64,000 nucleotides of DNA, from assembly GCA_030141605.1 (NCBI GenBank), contig JAQGDQ010000638.1:57600-121599 (forward strand), in the 5' to 3' direction. The notes beneath the pieces are model-generated. The model worked only from the letters and a program-made list of their open reading frames with translations, was not told where the DNA came from and did no database searches. Origin of the DNA: Tubiluchus corallicola. Its lineage: Eukaryota > Animalia > Priapulida. Of the stretch, positions 49,469 through 63,246 are shown one piece after another; within the stretch, counting starts at the first letter, position 1; each line of letters opens with the position of its first letter. Made by a program: the position numbers and the translations under genes.

Positions 49469-49654
49469 AGTTCATTCGATGGATACAAGCAGTTTCAAAG
49501 TGTACTACACTTGGCTATTAGTATTGCTGGCAGTGAGATATACACAGAGGAGGCTTTAGTTATGTTGAAAAGTGCCTTAATGGTGACTTCAGTGCCTGTT
49601 CAACTACATATCATAGTCAGCAGTTCTGAAACAAAAGACATTGTGAAAATGAAG
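49469..49654 (+). CDS. GXYLT-like, exon 2
   Basis: ttttaacag|...|gtgagt. LHLAISIAGSEIYTEEALVMLKSALMVTSVPVQLHII resembles GXYLT [35 protein letters not shown]. Confidence 0.88.
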
Positions 49655-49949
49655 GTGAGTCATTGCAGCGTGTATTCGGTTCATAAAAATAGGTAGCTAT
49701 TATGTTAGCTAATGAGCGAACTTATTTACTGACACAAGTTTGCAGAGTAATGTGACAAGCATTGATTTAATTTTTAATACAGGCATAGTGGTGTAAAGAA
49801 AATCTCGATTCTCTTTTTGTATGAATCTAGATTCGGTTTTTCCTCTGCAGCTATCAAATGGTACGCACTATGGTGCACCCAAACACAGCAAACTATTTAC
49901 ATACTGATGATTATGACTCGTCATTTGTTGTGCATGTAGTTGTGTTAAG

Positions 49950-50940
49950 CCATGATGATGTGTGCATTGTGTTCAGTCATTGTGTTGTGCATATTGTTTT
50001 CAGTAATTGTGATGTATACACTATGTTCATTCATTGTGATATGTGCGTAGTGTGCAATCATTATGATGTATACACTATGTTCATTCATTGTGATATGTGC
50101 GCAGTGTGCAATCATTATGATGTGTACAATATGTTCATTCATTGTGATATGTGCGTAGTGTGCAATCATTATGATGTATACACTATGTTCATTCATTGTG
50201 ATATGTGCGTAGTGTGCAATCATTATGATGTATACACTATGTTCATTCATTGTGATATGTGCGCAGTGTGCAATCATTATGATGTGTACAATATGTTCAT
50301 TCATTGTGATATGTGCGTAGTGTGCAATCATTATGATGTATACACTATGTTCATTCATTGTGATATGTGCGTAGTGTGCAATCATTATGATGTATACACT
50401 ATGTTCATTCATTGTGATATGTGCGCAGTGTGCAATCATTATGATGTGTGCATTATGTTCAGTTATTGTGATATGTGCGTAGTGTGCAATCATTATGATG
50501 TGTGCATTATGTTCAGTTATTGTGATATGTGCGTAGTGTGCAATCATTATGATGTGTGCATTATGTTCAGTTATTGTGGTATGTGCATCCTATGCAATCA
50601 CCGTAGTCTGTGCAGTGTGCTTTGTTTGCAGCCATTGCGATGTATGCATTGTTTTCAGTAATTGTGATGTATACACCATGTTCATTCATTGTGATATGTG
50701 CGTAGTATGCAGTCATTACGATGTGTACATTATGTTCATTCATTGTGGTATGTGCATCCTATGCAATCACCGTAGTCTGTGCAGTGTGCTTTGTTTGGAA
50801 TCATTGCTATGTATGCATTGTTTTCAGTCATTCAGGTGCATGCATTGTGTTCAGTGGTTGTGATCTGTCCATTGTGTGCAATCATTGTGATATGGGCGTC
50901 ATATGACATCTTTGTACTCATTGTGGTGCGTGCATTAAGC
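49950..50940. repeat. 54-bp minisatellite (two 27-bp subunits), degenerating at both ends
   Basis: Unit CATTGTGATATGTGCGTAGTGTGCAATCATTATGATGTATACACTATGTTCATT. Confidence 0.95.
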
Positions 50941-51324
50941 AAGTAAACAATTTATTGTCATTGTAGCATACACACTATGAAATTGATGTGGTTTTACGTA
51001 CTGCTGTAACTTATGGAAACAACAAGGAGATTAACACGAATAATTTAATCATTTGTACAGTGACATAGAGAATTAATATTGGAGATTTACTGAGTTTACT
51101 TTTGATGGTGCGAGTTGCTGAGTTTTAAACGATAACTTTTACGTTTTTAAAACTATTGCTTTTCCCGTCCTTATTATAAATGTTTTTTACGTGTTTTGAT
51201 TGGGTACAATCTGGTCAAAGAACGCAAGCGAAATGGACCTAATTCTTAAAAATCCCTTTGAAATCCCAAATGTGAAATTAGGAACACTAAAATAACATCT
51301 TTTCTTTCATTTATTTTGTTTTAG

Positions 51325-51447
51325 TTAGAGGAATGGCAAAAGTATAGGAAGGCGGATTACATTTTTTACCCACTTGATATGATAGACGTACCTCGTGAAC
51401 TTGTGAAAACGTTTAAACCAGGACAAAGTGTACCACTTTTTCTTCCT
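51325..51447 (+). CDS. GXYLT-like, exon 3
   Basis: ttttag|TTA...CCT|gtgagt. LEEWQKYRKADYIFYPLDMIDVPRELVKTFKPGQSVPLFLP, compare KLFKPCASQRLFLP. Confidence 0.88.
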
Positions 51448-52387
51448 GTGAGTAAATTGTTTCGTTATACTGGAGTACAGAGAATCTATTAAAATATGTT
51501 AAATGTCAGATAATTATGCTACGAAGAGTATTCATAGAGTCAGACCCAAATAAGGAAATTAAGGAGCGGCGTCACGTGACTGCTCATTCGTCAGACTCCC
51601 AAATAAGGAATTGCCCATTTTGTCAGACTGCGCACGCAGCTGCAAATAAGGAACTGCTCATTTGTCAGACTCCCAAATAAGGAATTGCCCATTTTGTCAG
51701 ACTGCGCGCGCAGCCTGGCAAGAATGCTGTGAAGCCACACGCCGCAGGGCTTGGAGACTAGGCACTCATGAAGAGGACTTCAGATAGATCAGGGGGCTTG
51801 GCATTGCTATACATTTATTATATTGTGATGTTACTTGATAAAAGTTTTATTTCCTAATCAAAGTCTTATAGCTTTGCCTTTATTCAAACGTTCATAAACA
51901 GCTACACACATCGCTCACCTATGTACTACTACTATACAACCAACCTAATAATTTTACTACTGGGCTACGTAAAAAAATTGCCTAAGTTTTGATCACGATA
52001 TTATAAAAACAAAATAAGGTAATCGTTTGAAAATTATGTACCAATGTAACACACGCGCTTTTGTATAAACAGAAAAACTTTAGGCAGTCCCTCAGATTCT
52101 TCCAAAGAAACAGAAGTTTTAAAACAACGTGGCAAAAAATTGCTGGAAAAAATTCCTGCACTGTTGCTAAATTTACAGCAAGTACGCAACGTGTCCACCA
52201 TTTTAATTGCAAAGTAGACGAAGACGTTACCTCCAGCAGCTGAAGCAGCTTCTAACTCAAGGTGCATTTCATTCATTATACAATTTAGTCTCTTTGCGTA
52301 TTTGTCCGGCCGTTGTATATTCCACATACCAAATAGCCTAGAGGATTATGTCCCATTTTATGTACTGATGATCACTTATTATTAGTT

Positions 52388-52935
52388 CAAACACACACGC
52401 ACACGCACTTACACGTACACACACACGCACACGCACTTACACGCACGCACGCACACACACACACACGCACGCACGCACGCACGCACTTACACGCACGCAC
52501 ACACACACACACGCAAACACACACACACACGCACGCACGCACGCACTTACACGCACGCACACACACACACACGCACTTACACGCACGCACACACACACGC
52601 ACACGCACTTACACGCACGCACGCACACACACACGCACGCACGCACTTACACACACATGCACACACACACACACACGCACACACACACACGCACTTACAC
52701 GCACGCACGCACACACACACACACTTACACGCACTTACACGCACGCACGCACACACACACACGCACGCACTTACACACACATGCACACACACACGCACGC
52801 ACACACACACACGCACTTACACGCACGCACGCACACACGCACGCACGCACACACGCACGCACGCACGCACGCACTTACACACACATGCACACACACACAC
52901 ACACACGCACTTACACACACACACACACACACACA
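52388..52935. repeat. (CA)/(CACG) compound microsatellite
   Basis: CA and CACG runs punctuated by CACTTA. Confidence 0.95.
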
Positions 52936-53106
52936 TACGTTCACCCACACATTCACTCACTCACGCATTCACAGATTTACAATAAAGACCCTATTTCAAC
53001 TAAACCTGAAATTCACTGTTTTTGCGATGATTACCTTCTGAAAATGATAAAATCCTATTTCTAATAAGTTACTATCAACTATTAACTGAAACTTTCTCAT
53101 TAACAG

Positions 53107-53311
53107 GACATTCTATCTACACTGGAAAAAGTCATTTACTTAGACATAGATATGATTATAATGAGACCACTGGAAGAACTCTGGTCTTATTTTAATAAAA
53201 TGAATAGAACTCAAGCACTAGGAGTGATCATGATAGATGAGGACAAGAAATATGGTTATGATCGATATGCGAAAAAGAGAACGGTGGATACTCGAATTTA
53301 TGGCATTGACG
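53107..53311 (+). CDS. GXYLT-like, exon 4 (DxD motif)
   Basis: taacag|GAC...GACG|gtaaaa. DILSTLEKVIYLDIDMIIMRPLEELWSYF is the GT8 YLDxD...LW motif. Confidence 0.92.
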
Positions 53312-53750
53312 GTAAAAGATCTTTTAATACTTTTAGTTAATATCACTAGCTTAATGACTTCCGATGTTCTCTACGACAAGACAGATGAGCTCTAGGGCCT
53401 GCATACCGGAAACGCGTTGCACAAAAAACAAGTGCTGTACCTTTTATGTCACAGGTGTTCAGTGGTGACGTAGTGCCCACGATCCAGAGCTCATGAGGAA
53501 CACAGTGTTATACTTGAAATTTGAATTTTAAAATTACAAATATTTGCCAATTTTTTTTAATATCACATTGAATGTTGTACAATAGCCCTGTACTTCGATT
53601 TTCGCTTTTGCAAACACGTGCAAGACACTCATCGAATGTTGATGTTGTTGAAAATGTCGTCACTACTGTAATTTACTCCTCGGTCGTTAATTAAGTCTTA
53701 AACTATCGTTTCATTATCAGAAACGCTGTGGCAAGATTATAGGTGTTTGT

Positions 53751-54139
53751 TAGGGGTGAGCATTCTTTACCAGAAAGCGAATGCGAATCGAACCGAATTT
53801 GTGACTTTCGAATTCAAATCGAACCGAACTTCAGTGTTTCGAATTCGAACCGAATTCGAATTGAGATTGAAAAATTTTCGAACAGCAAAAAATAGTCTCA
53901 AAGATCATGCATATCACTAGATTTTGTTCTGCAATAAAACGACTAGTAATTTGTTTAAAATTGTGTGCAGAAATCACAGCTTAATTATGCTAATTGTATG
54001 ATGTTTCAATCGTTTTAGTGATAAAGAACACGTGTGATTGAATTGCTGAATCATTCGAATCTATAGTTTAGGATTCGAATCGAGTTCGAACTAAAAAAAC
54101 TCGTTCGAATCGAATTCGAGCGTTCGATGCTCACCCCTA
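53751..54139 (+). mobile_element. hAT MITE (TTCGAA-rich), copy 1, TSD GTGTTTGT
   Basis: TIR TAGGGGTGAGCAT / ATGCTCACCCCTA; perfect 8-bp TSD. Confidence 0.93.
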
Positions 54140-54535
54140 GTGTTTGTACGCATAATTTTTACTGTACATACTTAAAAGTGTGGAAGGATATGGAAAATCA
54201 TCCTCTTTTTCTTTAAAAATTCGTCTTGAAATTTTGTAACACTTACATGCTTGCATATAGAGCTTGCGTTAGCAGTAACGCTGTATGAAATCCGTAAGTT
54301 TAAACGTCCGCGATGACCGCCATTCTAACGGCAAACAATAGAATCTAGTTTAGATAACATTGAGCAAAATTCGAAAACCAATTAGAGTATGTTGTGGAGA
54401 TCGCTGGTGTCTATTAGAATTACATAGAACATTGTAGAATGTTCCGTTGGAATGATCGTCTTACCGTGTAGAATGTTCTGCAACAAAACTTCTGGAAGCT
54501 TCTTGGGCGCGCTATGTAAGGCGAAGCAGGCCGCT

Positions 54536-54536
<1 letters not shown>

Positions 54537-54626
<90 letters not shown>
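54537..54626. repeat. (CA)n microsatellite
   Basis: Pure CA run. Confidence 0.97.
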
Positions 54627-54628
<2 letters not shown>

Positions 54629-55474
54629 ACACATTCTCTTGTATACTTGTATTTTCAGATACACTTAACCGTCTTCCAGATTTTCACGTTTACTGTAATC
54701 ATTTCGTGTTCCTTCATACTTTTGTGTTGTAGAATTCTCGCTTAATAAACTAGTTTAATTTGATGAAGGGTTTTCTGGTTTTCTCTACGAGCCTTCCGAG
54801 AGAAACAAAACACAACAGAGTTACGTCTTCGCTAACTAAGCAAAATTTAAATTACCTTTATTAACATGAATGACGTAGTGAATAACGTTAGTTTGGAAAA
54901 TGGACATTGGTGCACACTGGAATGACGAGGAAATGACGTTTTAATTTTAAATCGTGAATTATTCAGTAGATTAATCTGATAAGCTAGCTTTTCATTATTT
55001 TTTACTCATCCAGCTTGTTCAGCATATTCACATGCTTTCTGGTGATTCTAGTAGTCGCTATGCACATAAGATGTCAATAACTAGGCATGTGTAAACGACC
55101 TCCAAATACGAAATATGCTGAGGTTAATAAATACGTTGCGTAAAATATTCAGACGCTAGTGCTTAAAGAATTAGAGGGGAGTTTTACATCAAAGTTGTAT
55201 AATCACGTAAAGGACAACTAGGACTTGATCACATGTTGTGATAAACGATAAATTACTGGGCAGGTAAAATCATGGTAGGAAGTCTGACATAATAAGTACT
55301 ATTGTTCACTCCGTACTCCATATTCCCACTTCAGTTGGGTAGAAAGTTATTGCATCTGGTGAAATTGTCAAAACTGTAATCATTTGTATGCGACGACCGC
55401 TGTTGGAAATTCTCCAGGCCAGGCAGCCAGGAACTAAGTGGGTAAATAGTTTCCCTACAATACTTTTTCCTACT

Positions 55475-55860
<386 letters not shown>

Positions 55861-56888
55861 GGGGAGACAAAAGAATTGTTATCACGTTTTTCGCACTAAA
55901 GCAACATTTTCACTTGTATTTCTATCTATTTCTTTTTGTGCGCGAAAGAGGGCAGCAGTTTCCAATCTCAAAACTTGTAGTCACATGAGTGTCGTGTGTT
56001 GTTTACGAGGTGGCAGCAGTAAACTACCTGAAGTTAATGTATTCTCCTAAATATTTCTACTAAATTCTCTACTTCGAGTATGACTAGAGATAGAATTGTC
56101 TAAAAAATCAGACATTAAGCTGGATTTGAACCAAAGACCTCGAAATACAAACTCAAATTATTTAATCAGTAAAGTACGCTTGTTTCTTGTGATAAAAGCA
56201 GATTTTTAATTTTTCTAGGGTTATAGTTTACTATATATTGCTATATTATAGTGTTATAATATTAAACCAGGTAAGTAACTGAGTGGTCTAAGTGTTTACG
56301 TGACCTCAACTCAAACATTCAATAAAGTGAGAGTATTTTCGGTAATTCATCAATTATAAACTCGTTTCATTTATAAATTTACAACTTTTATTACGTAATT
56401 GTGGAGAAGAGCAAAGAACTTCGTTATGATGCAGCAGTACCAGTACCTAGCTTCTAATTAATTCATGATTGCGCAAGGGATTAACTTTGTAAGCATTTGT
56501 AACAAAGTGTTAAAAACTGTGGAATATTGTAGCAATTATACAAACTTAATAACTAGAAAGTAGACTGAGATTATACAGTAGTTGAATTTTGGCAGAAAAC
56601 AAAACAATAATTAATATTAAATTGTTTGTAACTAATGCAAAAATTTGTGAACACTGATTGTGAAGACATTGACGAAGATGACGTTGGCGATGATACTGAC
56701 GAATATGGCGACGGCCATCGTGATGCACTTGCTGAGCTACATCCTATTTTATGGCAAACCTTTGCGTTGGATGCTTGTTTTACAAAAATGTTTTTAAAAT
56801 TTGTCAATAACCCTAGGCTATAATTAGCCATTTATGGCGGGATACAATTATCATTGAATAGGAATAATTACTTATTATGAAGCATATA

Positions 56889-57387
56889 TGTGGAAGTTGT
56901 AATTGTACACTTTTTAGGTGCTGCCATCTATGAACTAATCCTTTTACATTTTACTAGCTAAACTCACCCCCAGTATAACTGTACGGTCCAGCGAATGGAT
57001 ATTCACTGGATCTCTCCCTATTTTACAGTAATGGTTTTGTGAAGCCAAGTTTGCATAATTACCTATACTTATATATACTGACTGGATTTACTTTCTAGTC
57101 ACTGTCTAACTCTCAGTGATCAGTGCAGTCATGCTGTCTAACTCTCAGTGTTCAGTGCAGTCATGCTGTCTAACTCTCACTCTCAGTGCAGTGCAGCAGT
57201 CGTGATACTCATGTTACTCACTGTCTCACTCTCAGTGATCAGTGCAGGACACTCTTGTTTTCAGTGCAGTGTAGCAGTCATTCTACATATGTGTATGTAG
57301 TCTAATAAACACTTTTCAGTTTTGTGCAAATATGTAGTATAGTTTTTATTCTTGTTCTACAAAATGAGTGATCTACAACTTTAAACA
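56889..57387 (+). mobile_element. Solo-LTR-like repeat, copy 2, with internal tandem expansion
   Basis: TGTGG...AAACA; homologous to 46204-46535, with repeated CTCTCAGTG..CAGTGCAG units. Confidence 0.6.
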
Positions 57388-57410
57388 TGACTTTCACAAT
57401 ATATTTTAAG

Positions 57411-57563
57411 GTTTTAACTCTGGTCTTCTTCTAATGGACTTGGTAAAATTGAGAAAAACAAGATTCTCCAATGATATCCTGGCTCTGCTCGAAGAATACA
57501 TTGACAAACCTATGCCGGGTTTCGATCAGTATATTCTAAATCGGTATGGATTTGATCATCCAG
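57411..57563 (+). CDS. GXYLT-like, exon 5 (NSG and DQ motifs)
   Basis: ttttaag|GT...CCAG|gtaagt. (G)FNSGLLLMDLVKLRK...GFDQYILNRYGFDHP matches the GT8 NSGVMLMN and DQDLLN motifs. Confidence 0.92.
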
Positions 57564-57692
57564 GTAAGTGGTGGTCTCATTAATGAAGGTTTTCTAATTA
57601 GTAACGAGGATCCATAACACGCAGGTGAGAATTAATGCAAAGAAACTTTCCATTTCTCTTTTGCAAAGAACTTCTAAAGAACTTCTAGAGGA

Positions 57693-58177
57693 GTTAGCAG
57701 CCGAAATTCGACTCTCAAGTCTCCTCCTGAGGACTCCAAAAACCTATATTTGTATTTGTGTTTTTGTCTTCCTTACTCCTTTCATAACATACTCCTTGCA
57801 AAATTTCTCTCCATTAACACAAACCATTTTATAATTACTAATTACACTTCTACAAAAATGAAAATATAATCACCTCTCAAAAAACTAAAACTGTGATGTG
57901 TGAACCTGCTCCCTTGACCCTCTTTCTCCAAACTGTTTTTTAGCGCTGTCCTGTTCTTACTGACCTACCTAACTTTTCCTTTTTCACATTTATTACATAA
58001 CTCTTTTCTCTCTAGTACAAACTAAATTACTAACAAATGCCAAGTGCCACTTAGCTGGTCGGCCGCTGCTTAGCGATATACTTCAGTACAACCTAAAGAC
58101 ATGTGCTCGCACCTAACATAACCTCTTTGGTTATCACATTTCAAGGACCAATTTTTACATTGGTTTTCATAAATAAA
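57693..58177 (-). mobile_element. Interspersed repeat, copy of 16864-17450
   Basis: Colinear high similarity. Confidence 0.75.
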
Positions 58178-59107
58178 TTATATTACTGCACGCAGAATAC
58201 GAATATTTAGCAACATCAGAATCGAATTAATAAATTGTTTCTTTTGTCATTAAAAATTGCCTGTATTTATTATTGTCAGATACAGTAAACGGTCAAAGAC
58301 GATGATTCGCTATAGATTAGTTTCTCTGATTTGTTCCTTGTTCTTCTAAGAATCATGTTTCATTATTAATACGTTTTGCTATTGTGACAGACGACCTGGG
58401 CAGGTGGAAAAGCTTGCTGAATTATATTACTTAATATTTCATACATTAGTAAATCATTTAATAGATTAGCAAAAAACACATAAACGATAGCACAAAAGCT
58501 AAATCATGACTCGTCACACTATTTGCTTTTACCTGTAAAATGTTTTACTTCTAAAACGCATGCTCAACTCATTCCATACCTACTGTTTTAACCAGTGACA
58601 AAATGGATTAGCTTTTTGGCCACTGTAAAGTTAAGCAATGTCAAGTCGCGTGACTAGATGACTACAGGACCTTGGAAGATCATTTTTGCTAGCGGTTCCG
58701 CCACAATCATTTGCAAAAGTCCTTCTATTATGCTTTAACCCAAAAAATGTAGAGCATCCCATGGAATTCTCATCGATTACTTATCGAACATAGATTGCTT
58801 TTAAAAACAATAGCATATTGCCCACCCCTGGATAAGGTGCTGCCGTCATATCCATGGCTGTCATATTTTGCTACCAATGGCTACATCCATTGGGGATTCC
58901 GATACGTCAAAAAAGAAATATTTTCATCAGAGAAATTCCTTTTGTTCTGAACCCTGGCATTGTTCAAAAATAGTGTTTTATGTTACAGAATAACAAAAAT
59001 AACCCATTTAGCAAGTAGATTTCTTTACCAAGAAAACAACATTTAATTCTATTAATTGCATAATGCTGCTACAGCAAATACTAATTGTTATTAGTTTTGT
59101 TTTTCAG

Positions 59108-59295
59108 AGAACATTCTAGTTATACCTTGTGAGTGGAATGTTGTTCAACCGAGAATCATAAAAGATCAAATTTGTGATTCTGCATTACAAAACGGGATGG
59201 GAATACTCCACGGAAATGGACAAAAATTCGTGAGCAACAGCTTAGCTAAACCGCCATTCCTACTAGTGCAACATATTTATAGCTTATACAGTAAA
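59108..59295 (+). CDS. GXYLT-like, exon 6
   Basis: ttttcag|AG...AAA|gtatgt. (E)NILVIPCEWN...ICDSALQNGMGILHGNG matches GXYLT FPCQWNY...GIFILHGNR. Confidence 0.9.
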
Positions 59296-59655
59296 GTATG
59301 TAGCATATTATTTAATTTACTAACATTTTCTTATTTTTGTCATTAACTCATTTTGATCTCATTTTTACAATTTGGCATTCTACTGCAAGAATCTACTTAC
59401 CATGATTAGTTTTTCTACTAAAACTTTTACTGGAAGACATAATTTTGCAGCAGGACATCAGCAAAATTAGGACTTTCGCCGCATTAAACAGTTAAATCAT
59501 TTTTGATTGTTAATTGCAAAACGTAGTTTAAAATTAGTTCCATTGCTTTTTGTTTCTAAAAGCTGTGGTGAATTTCTATTGGTAAATCTTTTCTAGAGGG
59601 ATACGGCAGTATTCCAGGCGTGCCATTTGTCGAAATGTTTGAATATGGTACTCGC

Positions 59656-60036
59656 TAGGGGTGAGCATCGAACGTTCGAGTTCAAATTCGATTCGAACGA
59701 GTTTTTTCACTTCGAACTCGATTCGAATCCAAAACTATGGATTCGAATAATTCAGCACTTCAACCACATATGTTCTTTATCACTAAAACGATTGAAACAA
59801 CATGCAATTAGCATAATTAACTGTGATTTCTGCGCACAACTTTAAAGAAATTACTAGTCGTTTTATTGCAGAACAAAATCTAGTGATATGCATGATCTTT
59901 GTAAGACTAATTTTTAATGGTGGTTCGAAAACTTGTTCGAAAATCTTTCAATCTTAATTCGATTTCGGTTCGAATTCGAAAGTCACAAATTTGGTTTGAT
60001 TCGAATTCGCTTTCTGGTAGAGAATGCTCACCCCTT
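59656..60036 (-). mobile_element. hAT MITE (TTCGAA-rich), copy 2, TSD GTACTCGC
   Basis: Same TIRs, inverted orientation, perfect 8-bp TSD. Confidence 0.93.
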
Positions 60037-60144
60037 GTACTCGCTTGCTCCTTTATGAATAAAATTTCATACGTTAAACATATACGTCAGACAACTGATG
60101 CCGCCGAATTTTTACTGCAAATAATGCCTTCATATTTTTTTCAG

Positions 60145-60300
60145 ATACTGATTTGTGATCCGAATCTATGTATTGCAAATCAACTTCCTGAATTGAAAGC
60201 ATACGCTAAAAGCATAGGTGTGGACGAAAGTAGGTTAATGCACGCTTTCCTGAAAACTGTTTCCAGGATGAAAGACACCAAAAAGTCATCAGTACTATAG
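60145..60300 (+). CDS. GXYLT-like, terminal exon 7
   Basis: ttttttcag|ATA; phase 0; ILICDPNLCIANQLPELK...KKSSVL*. Homology here is weak. Confidence 0.7.
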   Translation: MLICDPNLCIANQLPELKAYAKSIGVDESRLMHAFLKTVSRMKDTKKSSVL

Positions 60301-60422
60301 CAAAAGAAATGCATAATTAAGATTTTACGCTTCATTAATTTTCATGCCTAAAAGAAATTACAAAGCTTTCCATAATCAAAATAGAGTTTAATTTTATGCT
60401 CAATGATTATTATTGTATTATT

Positions 60423-61593
60423 GTAATAGTTATTGCACTGCTTAAACCAGAGAATTTGAATGCATTGTCATGCATTACATGAAGTAAATATACAATATAA
60501 CAGATTTAAGGTAAGGGCACATAAGATAAAAGAATACTCAAAAAGAGCTTTAATTCGTGAACTAACAGTCTTTATATAAACATTCAGACATGCAGCTGTG
60601 GGATTAAACTCTAAGCTAACAGCTGCAGCCCCAAATCTTTACAAATGTCAGTTAATTCACGCATTTAAACCGTATTAATTTGCTTAAACTATGTGTAAAA
60701 TTTTCTAGTTTTCATTGATAAAATAACTACGGTATAGGCCTAACTATTTTAATTTAGGTACCAGGCAGATATACATAATTGTCTTTCGTTTGTTTCTCTA
60801 CCTTGGTATAGATTAAATTAACCCAGTGTGGATAGGCCTTATGCCTCCGTCTCAGTCGTAGCTTGCTTTCCTGGCAAAGATTTGGGACAACTCCATAGCC
60901 GCTAAGAGACAATCTTCGCAGTCTACTTTATTAGTTTCTCTTATGTCTGATAGATGGCGCCACAAGATTATAATTAATAGCTTCACTAGATCGAGACCTT
61001 TCGTTTGATATATAGATCGCCGCAAATGGTGCCCTCGTCCGGGCTGTAGCCTCGAATCTTATATATATATATATATACCAAGAATATTAATATAAGAGAT
61101 TCTGTAACTGGTGATAAAAGTATGCATGCTATGCTAATCTGTACAAAGTCGTCTCTAAAGTACTGTACCTTGCGCAGTTTTTTATGCTATGTAGATTTTC
61201 TAGTTTGCCATTTTATCACCATTTTTAGTCTATTGTTATTGGCTTAAATCAAAATAACTATTAACAGACCAAATAACTGTCAGTTTTAAAATTTTATTAA
61301 TTTTAAAGGCAGAGAATATTCTCGTATCCCATGGGATACAACGGGTATGAAAGGATTAAGATCACCAAGCTTTTTATCTAAAAAAACTGTTTTAAATTAA
61401 GTCTCTGACATTAGCCCTGTCTGCTTCTACGAGATACAGATCATTGGGGTGCATAGTTTTACTCCCAGCAATGTCTATCTGCTTTACTCGAATCGTATTC
61501 CACGGGATGCAATGGGTCTGTAAGGGCTAAAATAGCCTTTCCGGGTCGTTCTATTATTCTGCACAGGAAGCAGTGTTATTCTGCTCTAATGAT
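60423..61593 (+). repeat. Direct repeat, downstream copy, interrupted at about 60981-61545
   Basis: Matches 41328-42305 with one deletion and one insertion. Confidence 0.88.
61119..61494 (-). repeat. Inverted duplicate of 48226-48600 (half piggyBac MITE plus its flank)
   Basis: Reverse-complement similarity runs across the TTAA junction into about 135 bp of GXYLT intron 1 flank. Confidence 0.88.
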
Positions 61594-62068
61594 CCACAGT
61601 CACTGCTCAAGAGTTCAACAGTTGTACTATATACTTCGAAGAGAAACCCCTGAAGAACATTAATGACAGTAAGAATCAATTAGCAGTTCAAATTTAGGAA
61701 AGAAAGTAAAAGTAAAAAACAGAAATATATGACACTGAATTTGAACCAGGAACCTTTTGAGAATAAGTCCAACGCAACCTGCACACAACTGCTTCCTGTA
61801 AAAATATCTGCATTCGCCGCACAATCCTCATTCATTTAAAACGGTAACAGCTTATAAAGTTTCGTCAAGTTTGTCTAAGTGCACGAGCAATAACTGGAAA
61901 GCCTTTGTGGGTGGTAGCTCATTTTGTCACGTACATACTGTTTTACATAAGTCAAGAAAGATGTAATTAGTCATACACATGCAAATGTAGGCAAGGCAGG
62001 TTGTCAGTAGCGTGAATTTGGTCGTACTACAGTTATTCAGCAATAACTTACCAAGCGATGTCTTCCAG

Positions 62069-62456
62069 TAGGGGTGAGCATTCTGGACCAGAAAGCGAAT
62101 TCGAATCGAACCGAATTTGTGACTTTCGAATCGAACCGAACTTCAGTGTTTCGAATTAGACTGAATTCGAATTGAGATTGAACGATTTTCGAACCAGCAG
62201 TAAACATTAGTCTTACAAAGATCATGCATATCACTAGATTTTGTTCTGCAATAAAACGACTAGTAATTTGCTTGAAGTTGTGTGCAGAAATCACAACTAA
62301 ATTATGTTAATTGCATGACGTTTCAATCGTTTTAGTGATCAGAAACATATGTGATAGAAGTGCTGAATTATTCGAATCTATAGTTTTGGATTCGAATCGA
62401 GTTCGAACTAAAAAAACTCGTTCGAATCGAACTCGAACGTTCGATGCTCACCCCTA
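62069..62456 (+). mobile_element. hAT MITE (TTCGAA-rich), copy 3, TSD TCTTCCAG
   Basis: Same TIRs, perfect 8-bp TSD. Confidence 0.93.
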
Positions 62457-63246
62457 TCTTCCAGTCAACTCTTTCGATCCCCAGTTTATTGGATTTTACA
62501 AAACTAAACTAACGGAATTTACAGCGTGATGAAAGCCTTCTGTTGTTCATAGTAGAGTATATGTACTGTATAATTTATTATAATTGATCACACAAGAAGA
62601 TTGCATGAAATCATGGATTTAATTCACCTAAACTCCACGCATGCGCAAAGAAGGTGGCTATTGTTTGCTCTATAAAGTGAGCTGACCGTAGAATTTGTCT
62701 TAGAACCCGGTGCTTAAATTGTTTCAATCACATTATGACCCAAATCTATGAATTTCTCTCTGTTCCTCCATGACATTTACATCCAAGACGTGTCCGACAG
62801 TGGCGACAATCATCAAGTGTGTTGAAATTAAAAATATCCAAAAATACTGATTTAAAAATATCCAAAAACACTGTTGTGTGCATGAAAAGTAGTAACTACA
62901 AATGCACGTGATCTTCTTTTCATTCAAGATTGCATTTGCTAAAGCAGTAACCTAATATTTATTCTGGTAAAAATGTATCTTATTTATTATCGTGAAACAT
63001 ACTAAAACAATAGACTATTAGCAAATTTCTACACTGATTTATCACTTCATCCAAACTGCACCATGTATTTGCTGATGGGTGTTTTCTTTGTTAACAGATG
63101 GCGCAACGATACAACTTTGCTCTAACTTTTGAGAATGACGAAAGTGTCAGTCGTACATTAAAGTAGATACAGTAATGTAATTATAATTTAGATAGTTGCT
63201 GTAGCTACAGAACATGCATTGGTGTATACCGTGTATTTTTATTTCA

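Noticed and set aside
49858-50863. 267-aa Cys/His-rich repeat protein (HCDMCVVCNHYDVYTMFI)n
   Set aside because: It arises from a 54-bp minisatellite whose length is a multiple of 3 and which is open on both strands. The nearby acceptor at 49850 would join exon 2 in another frame that stops after 18 codons.
56635-56823. Acidic 62-aa ORF (DCEDIDEDDVGDD) as an extra GXYLT exon
   Set aside because: Exons 4 and 5 already join in phase without a gap in the GT8 alignment, and no convincing splice sites were found.
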